A DNA stretch of 64,000 nucleotides from Gonapodya sp. JEL0774 (taxonomy: Eukaryota), in NCBI GenBank assembly GCA_027604505.1, contig JADIIX010000053.1, positions 62,001 to 126,000 on the forward strand, written 5' to 3'. The position numbers and the translations under genes were made by a program. The notes beneath the pieces are model-generated. The model had not been told where the DNA came from. It saw only the letters and a program-made list of their open reading frames with translations, and ran no database searches. Below, piece after piece: positions 22,530 through 35,465 of the stretch; position 1 is the first letter of the stretch; each line of letters begins with the position of its first letter.

Positions 22530-23925
22530 TTGCAGGAGCAACTCTACCAAGAGTTGCATTCCCCAAGGGCGATATTGTCACCTTTCATGATCCAAATAAT
22601 GATGGTCTTCTTCGTGGCATACCAGAGCTGCTGTGTATTCGAGATATCTACAGAAAATGTTGATGGCGCACTCAATTCGTTCGCTAGTTTGCATCCACTC
22701 TATGCTGACTTGGAGCTGTCCTCTCCACTATTTTTTAAATCTTTGACTGATCCGACTTTGGCCTCAAAAATCGTGCCCCAAGCTTCGGCGGCGACTATTC
22801 CTCCTGCAACGCAAACAGCAAATGTAACTCCAAGCGCTGAAGCAATCCGCTGCGGTCCGACGGCTTGTGCAGAAAGCGTGTGGAACATCCGACTCATAAG
22901 AGGTTTTTTGAAGACTCCAGAGTTTGCATCAAAACTCACCTTTCTGGATGACCGGGATCCGGTCCGCAACGGACAGAATTGCGATGAACGCGATACGAAT
23001 TATAGGTATGTTGATGAGGAAAATTGACGTCTTCGTCACTGTTTGATGAAGTGGTGAACGAAGTGCAACAATTCAGTGGTGAAAATGATTCGGTCATATA
23101 CACTCACAGTAATACTGATGAAGTGCAATGCTAGCTCTCTTCTTCCGCCCAGTGGGCGCAGCTACAAGCGCAAGATAGCCCATCAGTGCGTTGTATACTG
23201 GATAAGAGAATGTCACTGTAGAAAGGACTATCTGGACAAACATAACATTTGCAGGAGAATGGTTGGTGGACTGCAACAGATTAGAATGGCCCCATTACAC
23301 GCTCTTAGCACCCACTTTCCACCGAGACGCCACCGCCTGAGATGTAAATCCCAGCATGAATCCGGTCACGCTGGCCGGGATGAGCGAAAGAAGTATGAAC
23401 CGGCCATTCCACCGATGCAGATTAATGTAGTGCTTCCGGATGGTTGAGCTAAACTACCGACAGAATTGGTGATTCATGCCTTGTTTGGGTTAGATTACAT
23501 TTCTGTACGATGAAACGCACTTGAACTGCCGACAGGAGCGCCCACGGAAGCTGTGTCGCATTATGCAGAAGGAACACGAACTTTGTCTTTCCGTACCATT
23601 CATCGGAGTAGAGAAATTTACCAAACTCGTGAAGGCAATAATAGCAATTGGCCATAGGGGATGGAATACAGATAATGCATTCAATGAAGATAGTGGTTGG
23701 CCCTTGTGCAAAACTCACAGCGTACGCATCTTCCTTTGCAACGTTGGGCACAATTTCTGAGAGTCCAGATACACCTTGGTACATCTTTTCCATTTCCTGG
23801 GGATCATTCCGAGCAAAGGTCGTGAGATTTGACCCGAGTGCTGATGGTGTTGTCGTGAGTTGATAGGTTAGCCACCCGAGGCCATTGAGTCCCACGGCGA
23901 CGATTGGAGAGAAAATATCAGGCAT
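22530..23925. pseudogene. Broken coding-like fragments on both strands (partly hydrophobic)
   Basis: ORFs 22530-23027 (+) and 23449-23925 (-) look protein-like, but neighbouring frames contain stops and no complete gene could be assembled. Confidence 0.25.
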
Positions 23926-25473
23926 TCTTGCAAGCTAGGTGCGAATTCCGGGTGGCTTGATCAGCGTGGGGTTTGAGAATCGGCTCCTCGCAGCCGCTGC
24001 TACGTGTTTCCAAATCCACCTGGACACGTCGCCAAGGGGAAATGGAAAGTACGGGACGAGACGAAAATTCCCTTGCTATCGGGCTGTGCGATGTGTCGCT
24101 TCTCTCCGTGTTGGGTGGCGTTGAAACGATACGCGACACTGCGTCCATCAAATCTTCGGCACAGAAGGCGCATTTCAAACTTCACGCTTTTACTAGAGAG
24201 AGTAAACGTGGAGAAAAGGTGTCATTTGTAGGCTTACGTCCTCTCGTCCCTATGTACATTACAATCACCAACAAATATCGAAGACTAGAGGGGTTCTGAC
24301 CCCACCTTCACGTGAGCTGAAATGTCCTACTGTAATGAATTCTTGTGTGAAGTGAGCGTCACATGATTGCCCTTGCAGCTCGGGCCGAGACGGCACCACA
24401 GAGGATGTCAACGGACCCTGGAACTCTCGGGATCTTAGTTAGAATATGTTTATCGTGTAAGTCGGGGGCACGGGCTGATAAGAGGCTGTCACCGTACTCC
24501 GTGGTCTGACAAAGGGGAAGACTCTCGTCAAACTAATTTTTGAAGAGGCCGAAGTTGTGCCTATCTTCGGGGTGATTCGAGCAGCTAGGGTGCAAACAAT
24601 CTCTCCAGCCCTGGAGTTTACAAAAGGTGTGATGATGGCGACGCTGGACGACAGATATCAAAGTCCAGAGTAGCGCCACTAACTGATGAGATCATAAGAT
24701 GATAAGAGCTTTGTTGTTCCATTGCATTGACATCTGTATATATAGAATTATTTGGCGTGTACCAGCCGCTGCTCGGAGATTTCCGTCATCTCTGCCAAGC
24801 ACCGACTTGGGCCCAAGGCCGCAAGATCTGGAGCGCGGAAGGAACAGACTTATTGACACGAGCCTGCAACTAAACGCAAAGAACACTCCATCCACACCGG
24901 CTTAGCTAAGCATTGTGTGTCTTTCTGATTTTGGAACGATATGAAGGTTTGCAAAAGGTAATAATATAGACCCGGTTACCATTGCTGGACAACGACGTCC
25001 CTAACAAGCACACAACTTTCATATAGCTGGGACAATGCTGGCATGTGCGTTAATTGGTTTCTGCACCACAAGTCAATGAACTGGATGCTTTACTCTTCTC
25101 ATTGAAGCATCCTCTCCTTCACCAAACGCAAACATTCCCTTCTCAGAAGTCCAAACGCGCTGCCCTGTAGCTACATACAGTCTCAGTGTATTCTGTCCCT
25201 TCTCACCCTGTTTGTGCCCCTGGGCGGGTTGAGAAAATAATGTTCCCTGCGCCTTGTGCGGCCAATCAAGTCCTGATCCCTGTGGCCCATGACCTCCGAG
25301 ATCATAGATTGGCGCTTCAGGAATCAGGAATCACCGATATATAACCTGCCAACTCTTCCCCCAAACCATCAAGCATTTGCTTTCGAGCTGTCGTCTGTTC
25401 TCAAAGCACGTCGAACAACTTGCATCACTGTCCGCATTCTTTCCACCTCGTGTGAACGTCAAACATCTCTGCC

Positions 25474-25752
25474 ATGCCATCCATTGCGTCAATCCTCGAA
25501 ACCGTTCTCCCCACTTCCGCATCGTCAGCTACCCACTCTCGTTCTTCCTCCACCTCTTCTATTGGCTCTGTTTCCAGCACATCAGCTGGCGCTGACGCTC
25601 AACGCGCTGCCGACTTTAATGCGGCTGTCCACCTCGGCCTCTCAGACCTGGCCTCCTCCCAGCATCACCGAGCTATCCACGGTACAGGAGGAAGGATGGG
25701 CAGGAGGATGAGCCGCATCTCGAGGCCCGGTGTTGCCATGGCTGCCAAGTAA
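25474..25752 (+). CDS. Small Ser-rich hypothetical protein (92 aa)
   Basis: ATG in GCCATG context after a pyrimidine-rich leader, with strong C/T third-position codon bias. Confidence 0.5.
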   Translation: MPSIASILETVLPTSASSATHSRSSSTSSIGSVSSTSAGADAQRAADFNAAVHLGLSDLASSQHHRAIHGTGGRMGRRMSRISRPGVAMAAK

Positions 25753-26362
25753 GGGATCTGGTGGCGTTGGGAGACGGAGTGGTGTCGGACATCGTTTAGT
25801 GTCGTTGAGGGAGAGCTGGCTGGATCCTCGACGGAGCTGAAGGTGACACGAACACTTTGGTTTGAACTTACGTATGGGCTTCTCGGTAGTGTGGGCGCAG
25901 TGCGCACTCCATCCACCCAGTACGATGTGAAGCAGCGCTTCTAATGAATTCTTTTAAGCTTTATTGGCAGCGAGTAAACTTCAGTCAAAACCGTGTATGT
26001 ACTTCTTATTTTGCAAAACAAATGTGACAATATTTCTGTTACCCGAAACCACGTTCACCTGGAACAATGACTGTCTTGTCCTCAGAACGTTTATTTGGGC
26101 ATGCCATTTATTTATAATTAGTAAATGGCGATCCCATGTCAATAATGCTGGTTTGTTCTATTCTGTTTTGCAATGCACTAGAGTAATTGATTCACTTGCA
26201 ACAATGACGTGTGTTCGCATTTGCATATCTTGAGAGGCAGCAGCACTTGCATGGACTGACGAGAATCATCACTGCTTCAGTGGAGGTGGTCAAGTTTTGA
26301 ACGCACACGAGCATGTTGATGAGCCACGACCGCAGCAAAGCCGAGCCGACCACCGAAATCTA

Positions 26363-27193
26363 ATGAACGGACAGAAACTCTCGATGATGGCCGCTCATCT
26401 CAATCCAAAGTACATCGGGACACCCGGGAAGGAAAACGTCTGGAAATGTAAGACTTCTATGGCGGCGTAAATGAACTGTCCGTCGAAAAAGCTCACACCG
26501 CCGACGCTCTTCTTCACCTCCACATCCAGACCCGAGACCAGCGGTATTCGAGCCAACAACCCGGCATCTGAAAGTTCTGCTTGGCGATACAGTGATCGCA
26601 GAAACGCGCAGAGGATTTCGAGTTTTAGAAACAAGTCATCCTCCTGGTCAGAGAGAAAATGAATCTCGTAACCTGCCATCCCGGAGTTCACCCGCGCTTG
26701 CCTCCACAAAAGCCTATTACTTTCCTCTCGAAGACATCACGCAGTCACATCTGCGCAAAGTCGCTGGCAAAAAGACATTCTGCGAGGTGAGAAATGTATG
26801 AAGGAGTTACCAACTGGTCAATAATGTCATTTCAAATCACACCGTGCGTGCGTGCGCTCAGTGGAAGGGTGTTTGCGAGTACTATGACGTCGTTGTTGGT
26901 GGTCAAGTAATTAAATCTCGAGGTAGGTAGAGTCCGTCTAGGATCACCTTGGCTTGGTTTTACTTCTGATGCCGTGATTGGTTTCCTCCTCTCGTCTAAT
27001 AGCATGGACTTATCCGTCTCCCTCTCCCTCTTTCCGACCTATGGCCAACGCCGTATCATTCTATGCTTCCCCCTTCACGTGTTACGTGGACGGCGAGCTT
27101 GTGAACCCCCAAGAGGGGGACTTTTATGGCGGGTGGATAACTTCCGATGTGGAAGGTCCTTTCAAAGGTGCCCCTGGAACGTGGGGTTGGTAG
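26363..27193 (+). CDS. DUF427 (NTP_transf_9) family protein
   Basis: Spliced ENVWK|YPRP..IAETRRGFRVLETSHPP|AYYFP..TFCE|WKGVCEYYD..|AWTYPSP..GDFYGGWITSDVEGPFKGAPGTWGW. Confidence 0.88.
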
Positions 27194-27568
27194 ATTTGCA
27201 ATCTTGATGCCTGTTGTCATTGTGAGAGGGCGTTCGTCAGGTGCAGCGATCAGTTGTTTCAACTTTTCGAAAGAGGAGTTATGGTTCCCGGAAATCGAAA
27301 AGGCATGTATATTCGTGACGACAGTACAATTTGAAAATGTGGGTCGTATTATATAAATGTAGAACAAACAAATTAGGAAGCAACGTTCTTGAAATATCTC
27401 CAAGCAATAAAGTCCGTCCGGGTCTTGAGATTCAATACTCGAGAAATCATCATTCTAAATTGAAGCCAAACGACAACAAAGTTATTGGTGATCGAAAACA
27501 ATGGCAGCAGGACATTATTCTGATTCGTCATCCAAACGAAGGAACATAAGGGTGATCGATCCTCAGCA

Positions 27569-28579
27569 TCATGGATGATGAATCCTTGTATCCGCATTCC
27601 GTAAAACTGCAGGCGAGCCCTTGACTGTCCTATCCCCCGAAGTCGCCTTCTCCCAATCGTTCTGGTCTGCACCTTTGTCAAATCGCAGGAGCGCACCACG
27701 ACTTGGAGCAAGGGAGAGCGACCACCCAGTAGCTGAAGGGGCCGAAGTTGTTTGCAATACTTTGCGGGCAAAGATCGGCTGCTCCTGATTTTCGAGGGGG
27801 GAGCCGTCCGAGTCTACCATCGGAATGTGGGAACCGGGCGGACCCCGGTGGAATGGAGCTGAAAAAGGTTTACGTCGAGGAGACTTGAGAGTTTCGTCTA
27901 TGGTACGGGTGGACTTCGACGGTGTCAGAAGTTGCTGAATAGTTACAGGACTTTCGAGGGGTCCTGGGGGGAGCTCTTGGAGCGGATGGTTCTCGATCGG
28001 AGGTGAGGAAAGCAATATGGGAAGCGAGGGCCGTTGGAGAATTGGCGTGGGTGTTGTTGGTGGCGGGGTTGTAGGTGTCGCTTGTCTGATCTCATATCCA
28101 GGTTTGGAATGCGATTCGAGCCCGCTAACTTTCAACTGCTCCATTCTTGACTCGGACAGTCCGGTTTCAGCATATGACTCCATATCCCGATGCAAATATG
28201 CGAGATCGTGGAAGACATCACCGTGTTCGGCACTTGCCCTTCCACCAACCACAGAAAAGTTGGGATGGCCGGGGGTCGGCCCGTTCCACAAGCGCGGTGG
28301 GGGCTGAGTCCTCACTGGAGAAGGCGTGTACAATAAGTGTGCTTCGAGAACTTTCTGCTGAGAAACAGATGGAGGGGGTGGAAGATTGGCAAAAGCTGGT
28401 GGTGTTGGCCGAGAGTAGGCATGAAGTGGGCGAGGACGCTGACTAGCCATCCGATCACCAAGGTAGAGTTGGACGCATGTTTGAGTCGGAAAAAAGTACC
28501 AGGACGCAGTCATTACGTACGCTGGAAGGGAAAGGCGTCGCGTCGTTGCGTTCGCGTGTATAGAAATTGGCAACATCAA
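27569..28579 (-). CDS. Pro-rich hypothetical protein (upstream exons probably extend towards ~29330)
   Basis: 336-codon ORF with no recognisable domain. Confidence 0.4.
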   Translation of the reverse strand: MMLPISIHANATTRRLSLPAYVMTASWYFFPTQTCVQLYLGDRMASQRPRPLHAYSRPTPPAFANLPPPPSVSQQKVLEAHLLYTPSPVRTQPPPRLWNGPTPGHPNFSVVGGRASAEHGDVFHDLAYLHRDMESYAETGLSESRMEQLKVSGLESHSKPGYEIRQATPTTPPPTTPTPILQRPSLPILLSSPPIENHPLQELPPGPLESPVTIQQLLTPSKSTRTIDETLKSPRRKPFSAPFHRGPPGSHIPMVDSDGSPLENQEQPIFARKVLQTTSAPSATGWSLSLAPSRGALLRFDKGADQNDWEKATSGDRTVKGSPAVLRNADTRIHHP

Positions 28580-29933
28580 AGCGCGGGCGCGAGCGTCAGC
28601 CTGTCGCTGACGAAATGATACGTTAGTAAGCTATGTGTTTTAAACTGACATCTGCGCTACGTTATTCTTGCTCGGTTCCGGACAAAGGTTGATAAATTCG
28701 CCAAACTGCATATTCCGGTACCTGTTCGGTGGGAATCTGCTCGCTGCCCAAATAATGAGTACGAACCTCCATAGCGTCAAACTTGGCGGTGAGTCCCATC
28801 TTTCTTCCTTTTCTTTGCTGGATTTCAAGTCCTTGAACGGAGTCATTTTTCGCTTGCCCGATGCCTTGAGAGTTCACAACCGCGAGAGGAAGGGCAGTGC
28901 GTCGTGAAGTAATGGGCGTGTCGGATGAATAGGATGAGAGAGGAGAGCGCAGGCGCCCTTGCATTCCTGAGAGGGGTGACGGTTATTGGTTGCCAACAAC
29001 CACGTTCAAAGGTAGAAGGCTCACCTCCAGGAAACGATCTTGACCCCTGCTTAAGCATGGCTGGAACCTCTCCTTCCGCTGGTTCTCCGAATCTTTGCGA
29101 CAATCATGTGGGGCGAAAGGTGAGACACCAGTTTGTCCGTTCACACCATCGATCTGTCCGCACCATTTTCCGTCTTGCCTCTGTATTGTAGCGATCGCAC
29201 TCACTTTGCACCTTTAATGAGCGCCAGATCCTCTGCAGGAGTTTTTGCCACCCGTCTGCATCCATCGTCTGGTTCTCGGGGCAAGTTTGGAACCGGATCC
29301 CGCGAGAAGCGCGGCGCCAGCTCCATCCCAGCGTTCGAAACGCGAGGCATAGAGCGTAGAAAATCGGACTGAACTGTTGTGGTTTGCCGTTGAAGTAAAT
29401 TTGCAGAAAGAGAGCGGAATCCCAGATTAAGACTCCCACTTAACGAAAATCTAGTAGTACACAATGGTAGTGGAAAAAGTAAGGCCTTTTCAAATCATGG
29501 AGCTCAGTTCTCTCATCTCTGGGAACTTATGTCATCTCTTAATAGTGTTCTTAAAAAACCCAATTCTGCACATAAGTCCGCAATAGAACAAGCGGACCCA
29601 CACAATGGGTTGTCTATTATAACATGCGAGTCTTAGGATCAGTGGAGCAGAGGTGATACAGGGTACTCTGTTGTCAAAGCTACCTTTAGGCTTTCTCTGC
29701 CGCAAGCGTTCATTGCGTCACTTGGCCCCAGAAAGTGACTCCAAATATATCTCACAGTTTGCGCGTGGGTAATATGCAACCCAGCGGCAGCATCGAAAAA
29801 TGCCGTTCCTCCTCATCACACAGTAGAATGGTGTTCTCCTCCGTGCAACCCCTGTCGATCGTCCATGCCCCACGACTCGCTCGAGTGTACAACTTAAAAC
29901 GGAGCGTCAACTCCGATAAGTTACACGGAAGGC

Positions 29934-30497
29934 CTACCACTGGGCCTTGGCAACACCTGGAATGAGGCCATCAAGTGCCTGCTGACGGAAGTTTATCCGA
30001 GATATCCGGTATTCACCAACGACTCCCTGTGTGATTAGAGAAGAAGGGGCAGAAAATATGTGAGGGTGCGGTGTTGGAGGAGAAAGAAAGGAAAGGAGAG
30101 GGCAATTCGATAACCAAGGTATGTAAGTCTGAAGGAACTGGGACCACCTTTTAGAGCCAGGCTTTCATTTCGTCGCCTTGAGCTTTGAAATTCAGAGTGG
30201 CTCGGGAAACTCGATGCAGCAACAGCGATCTTTCTCTTCCTAAACCCATTTTCACGACCATCTCTGGCTACCGCGCATACTCACCCTCGCCATTCCTGTC
30301 TCCGTACATCTATTTACGATCGCATGCTTCCTAGCTGCCCGAGGGTACGATGCCAGAGCTACTCCTGCCTGCATCCGCGTCGGCAAAGGAATCGTCTGGT
30401 TTCTCACCAGGTACCGCAAAGCATTTCGTTCCACCTCGTATTCTGATGTTACGTGGCGTGCGATTTTGTCTCGGAGCACCCACGAGCGGGGAGCCAT
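29934..30497 (-). CDS. MRP2: Mitochondrial ribosomal protein uS14m
   Basis: MAPRSWVLRDKIAR..EVERNALRYL..IVNRCTETGMAR|GVVGEYRISRINFRQQALDGLIPGVAKAQW*, with one intron at 30284-30027. Confidence 0.92.
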
Positions 30498-30915
30498 CGG
30501 TGTGGGTGTTTGTCCACGCTTGATGGGAAAAGGAACAGGTGTTCGGGTGTTCCGACAGTGTGCAAACCCACCACCACCCAGAACCACCCCAGAATTCTCA
30601 TTTGGGGTTGTTGCGAAACACCACAGGAGGTGACACCCCATATCCATATGGGGTACCCCAGATTTCACTCATGGCTCAGGCTGGCACTCTGTCATCCTTG
30701 CCGTCCCACGTCATCTCACAAGTTTCTGCAATTCTCAAAGCCAATGAATCTGCTCATGCGCAGATAAAATTATCAACCAATGGTGTCTGCTCTGCGCACT
30801 ATTTCCGAAGCTTTGTATTCGGTTCGGACAACGCACACCACTCACTTACAACAAACCCCCTTAGCTACTAAGCGCCCCCTTATACACAGGTCACTGGTAT
30901 GCACCCTCCCCTACC

Positions 30916-32373
30916 CTACCCGACGTTCACGTCACCAAGAGGATCCTGCCACTCGGGGAAGTACTTGACTCGTATTCGTGTAAAGTAACTAACGAGGTTT
31001 GCGTGGCGACTGTTGTAACCGAGTGCCGGAAGGCGAATAAAAAAAAATGTCGGGTGCGTTTCTATATTGAAGAAGTAGCCACAACATGAGAACACTTACA
31101 TAATCTCGGAGAAAACGTGAGGGTTGTATTCCTTCTGTCCGATATGTGCTGTAAGAAACCCGAACAACGATGCATCGGTAGTCGTTGGATACGGGGTACC
31201 TAAGATCCAACTGGCGAACAATTGAGGATGAGCACAGACAACATAGCCAGGGGGTTAGGGTGGTTGACGTGGTGAGACGGCACATTCCATGACAATGACT
31301 TCTTCTCATATGCAACAAATATTCACGTGTTGGAGCCGAGCTGAGTTGCCAGCGCGTTGATACCTTCCGGGAGAAGTGTTGTGAACATTTCCGGTCCGTA
31401 ACGGCCTAAGACATGAACAAGCAGGTGGTGAATTTCCTTGTTATAGAAATGGGATCATGATGAACACAGACCAACTCCCGACATGATCGTCTTCTTGATG
31501 CTTCATACACAACAAGTCCATTCAATGTTCGAAAATGTCAATGTCCAAGAAATTTCCGACCAAGCTCGCGGTGGCTTTGTGTTTCTCGACTCACGGTGGG
31601 TACATAATTCGGATGAGCACGACCCGTACTGGATAGGGAACTTCCTTGAGTATTACATGCAGGAACTTGGGGTAGTGATCTATCCACCGCTCGTACTGCA
31701 AGCCACATTGAGAGTGTCAGTATGGAATGGTGATTGTCTGGGAATTTAGAAATCAACAATGCTTACCGCGCCAATGGAGACAAGTTGGTTCTCCATGACG
31801 GAGCGGAAGGCCACTCCAATCGCACGCGTAGCTGGTGTAAGCTTTGAATCAAGGTCCGCTAGAGTGGTGGGAATCGATTGGGTGCTCCGTTTCCTCCCAA
31901 GGTTCCCGACCCCTACTCACCGAGCACGCCATCCCGAATAAGTCCCGCATATCCGTTCTGTGAATCCTGGTACACCTTGCCATTGTACTCGTACACGGGT
32001 ACTTTTTTTCGGTCGAATTTGTCGTTCAGACACCACGCATTGTCATACTTGGCACCGAGAAATCGGAGTATAGTTTCCCCTTTTGTGCAAAATGGGCTTC
32101 CAGAGGGAGCAGTGGTTGGTCTTTTGAATTGCCACAAAATGACTGAGTGGATGGATAGGTGATTTTCATTCGGCTGGTTGAACAGACGATAATGTACAAA
32201 CTTCTGTCCCGGTGCTTGACTTCAAATTCCAGCCTTTGCGCTCTCGCTCTGTGCTGGGCGATGGCCGAAATGGTCACGCCGGTAGCGAGGAGTACCACAG
32301 CGACAATGGCCGCGGTGTAGGGTTCCGGCACAGGGAGTGAAGACAGAAGATCAGTGGACAAGAAGACAGACAT
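30916..32373 (-). CDS. FAX/metaxin-like glutathione S-transferase-fold protein with N-terminal membrane anchor
   Basis: WQFKRP..PSGSPFCTKGETILRF..KVPVYEYNGKVYQDS, DSKLTPATRAIGVAFRSVMENQL, PTTTDASLFGFL and NLVSYFTRIRVKYFPEW across several exons. Confidence 0.82.
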
Positions 32374-32497
32374 TTCGCAGCTCTCCGTAGTTCGGGCTAA
32401 CAGGTTGATCGACTGTTATTGAACCATCTTTTTATTGAACATTTGAATCATGAGATGGGAAGAAGTCGAGATGATCCGACCAAGGAAATCAGGAGTT

Positions 32498-32562
32498 AGC
32501 ATTAATAAATTACATTGACATGCGAAACCTCTGTAAGAATTTATGGAGAGACCGAAAAGCAG
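32498..32562 (+). repeat. 65 bp dispersed repeat, copy 1
   Basis: 60/65 identical to 58702-58766. Confidence 0.9.
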
Positions 32563-32797
32563 TTGCTGTACATGCATAGCCAGTATTGCACTGCCACTCT
32601 GAAGAGGAAGCCTGAGCCACTCCAGTAAGTAATACGATCTAAAAATTGTTAAATGTATGAAACAGCACGAGTAGACAGCTTTGGTGGTTCTTCCTGGCGT
32701 GTTTTCAGAAGCTTGTGACAGGTGAAGCTCCCTGTGCCTGAGTGTGTGCACTTTTCTCTTGACCAATGGAGATTGGCTCTCATCCATCAAAACCCGG

Positions 32798-35158
32798 ATG
32801 TCTCTTCTGATCATCGGAGACGAATTGGGAACGGTCAAAGGCGAGCAAAACCTTGTCAATTCTCCTCTTCTTTGGCATTCATGACAGAAATATCCTGAAT
32901 AGCCATCCATGTCGACCCGTTTTCGAAGTCAAACGCACCCGAAAAGGACAGTATTGGGCACCAATCGGATCGTAATGAACGGCCTGTCAAACGAAGGAAG
33001 ATTGGCGATGAAAGGGCAGAAACTCAAATCACGGCTGCTGCTGGAAACAGCGTATATGGACCCCGGATTATCGCGTCTTGGGCACCGTCAGGGTTCCCTC
33101 TTGTCCGCGGGTCTTCTACAGAGGCCGTACTTGACAAGGGACTTGGTGTCGTCGCAGTAGGGGTTGGGTCATTGCCCACGTCCGGCTCCGACTCCAGCAC
33201 CAATCACTCGACACCAGTCCTGCTTACTCCTCGCGCCTCCGGGTCCATCCTCGCTCTTCCCTTACCTCAATCTCCCCCTTCTTCTTTTCTTCCGTACCCT
33301 TACTTTCCGCTCCTCCGTGCCGCTGCTGCTGACCCGCGGCTCCGTGAAGAAGCCCGCCAACGACTACCGTCACACGTCATTCCTTTACCCGTACCCGGTC
33401 CCAATGCACACAAAAAAATCAGAGGCGCTACATGGGCGGGGAGGGGTCGCATTGTTGCCACCGAGATTCTTCCTGCGGTGATGTTCCCTGTCAATGCCGA
33501 GTCGCCCCTTGCATCCGACGCAGATGTAATCAAGGTGGACAGCGACGCCCCGGAATCAGTCCCCGCAACAGTATCTACCAATTCAGGCAATGGTGGTAAA
33601 GGTGGAAAAGGTGGGAAGCAGGGCAAGAGCACCGACGCCAGAACGTCCACCTGCGCACCGTCTCCTGCAACACCGAAATCGCAAACCCGCCCTACCATCA
33701 CCCTCCCTGCTCTCCTCAGTATCGACGAATCCGGATTTCTCATCATTCACGCGATCCCCGATCCTGTACCCACTTCCACCATCACTCTGAACCCCCCTTC
33801 CGTGCCGGAACCTCTCTTCATCGACCTCCTCCCCAATCCCCCTCAAAACTCTCACTCGGGATTCCACCGAGCACGAATCTCCCTCTGTGGCACGTATCTG
33901 GCGGCCGGGGGGGAAGAATTGGATTTGCGTGTGTGGAGCTTACGCGATCTGGTGAAAGCAGCGGGGGGCGACTTGCCCGGACAGGCGGACGGCCTCGACC
34001 CCCGGATGTCCACCATACCTGCTCCAAAGAAGCGGGCCAAATTGAATCATACCACCGCATCTGGCTCTGCGTCCGATTCGATAGCACCTGCCGACCATCA
34101 ACCACCATCCCCAATCTTCCTCTCCCGCTCGCCGGGCCACGATTCTCTCTCCATGCGGCGTCCCGTCTGGATCACTGACTTTCAATGGTGCTCTCCCGGA
34201 ACGGGTCTCATCCTCGTTGGCACCGCATATGGAGAAATCCGTGTGTACGACATATTCTCCAACCAGCGTAAACCTTTGATAGAGTTCCGGACTGATCCCT
34301 TGGCCGAGAAACTGGCTGATCCGCCGGCAGTAAGGTGTGTCGCGGTAGTGGCGAGGTGGGAAGACGGTGTGACTGATGTCGAAGGGGCTGTACAAAAGCT
34401 TACTTCGCTGGCAGCCAGACCTGTTGCAGTTGCCAAGGACGGAAAAGTCAAGCCTACATCTGCCACGGTCCGATTGGCCCTGCGAGTATGCTGGGGAGAC
34501 ACGGAGGGCGAAGTGGGACACGCCGAGGTCATTGCAGCCGTGGGTGTGGCAACCCCCGCTCCACCCGTCACTTCGTCCAGTAGGACATCCGCACCCGCCA
34601 CCACTCCATCTCCCATTCCATCCACTTCCACCCCGACCACCCCATTCCTCACTGTTCGCTCCACCTCGGCCACCCGAGTGCAAAGATTTAAGCCATCTTG
34701 CGCTGGGTCGGTATCTTCTGTCGGTTGGATACCACCAACACGCTTGTCCTTGAACAAGGGTAACGGCCACTGGGCCGTTGCCGCAGTAGGTGCTGATAGG
34801 TTTTTGAGGTGGTGGAATGCAGACTCGCCGGCAGGTGGCAAAGTGGGGCACAAGTCGGGCATCGTTGCAGAAGGTGCTGGCAAGGTGAGTTTCTGACCTG
34901 GGTTGATCTCGCCTGGGTTTGAAGTGAGCATTTTCGGGACTGATATTCGTCGTATTTCGCAAGTTGTATCTCAAACATCGCCTCACGTCGCTCACCGTGG
35001 CACCATCATCATGCCAGGACATACTTGGACTGAACAATACCACCTCGATTGTGACTGGGGGTGTCGTTAAGGTAAAGGAAGAAGACCAAGAGGACGGTAC
35101 TACAGCAGTAGAAGATGGTGGTGCTGAGTTGTGGGACGGAATGGAAGTGGTGGAGTGA
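32798..35158 (+). CDS. NSA1: Ribosome biogenesis WD40 protein Nsa1/WDR74
   Basis: MSLLIIGDELGTVK| then a GC-AG intron at 32841-32902, followed by AAGGEELDLRVW, DSLSMRRPVWITD, GTAYGEIRVYD..QRKP, VGADRFLR, YLKHRLT and ELWDGMEVV. Confidence 0.88.
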
Positions 35159-35465
35159 TGGCGGCTTTTAGTGCCCTTAGCTCTTTGAGCTGTCTGTTTA
35201 CGTCTTCCCTCACTAGAAATCGGAGGTCTTAGACGTGAAACGGGGACTGTTTCTTCAATACATACACAATGCAACTCTGCTACAGGTCAACCTTGCGAGT
35301 TGAACTCTGTACTCCATGGGGAATGCCAGGGACACTTCGTAGACCACGGCGCAAATATACCCTATACAATTGCAATAAGCTCTGCTAGCCCTCCGGCTAA
35401 CTGATATAGCAGCGCTAAACTGCAGATGGCAAAGTCTGTCTTTTCTCCACTTCGCAATGTGTACG

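Noticed and set aside
30027..30284. Intronic snoRNA in the long MRP2 intron
   Set aside because: No convincing C/D or H/ACA box arrangement was found by eye.
31483..32162. Plus-strand ORFs that look protein-like
   Set aside because: The opposite strand encodes the coherent FAX/metaxin-like gene.
33940..35274. 444-aa minus-strand ORF (and 34182-34931)
   Set aside because: Antisense shadow of the GC-rich NSA1 coding sequence, with no recognisable motifs.
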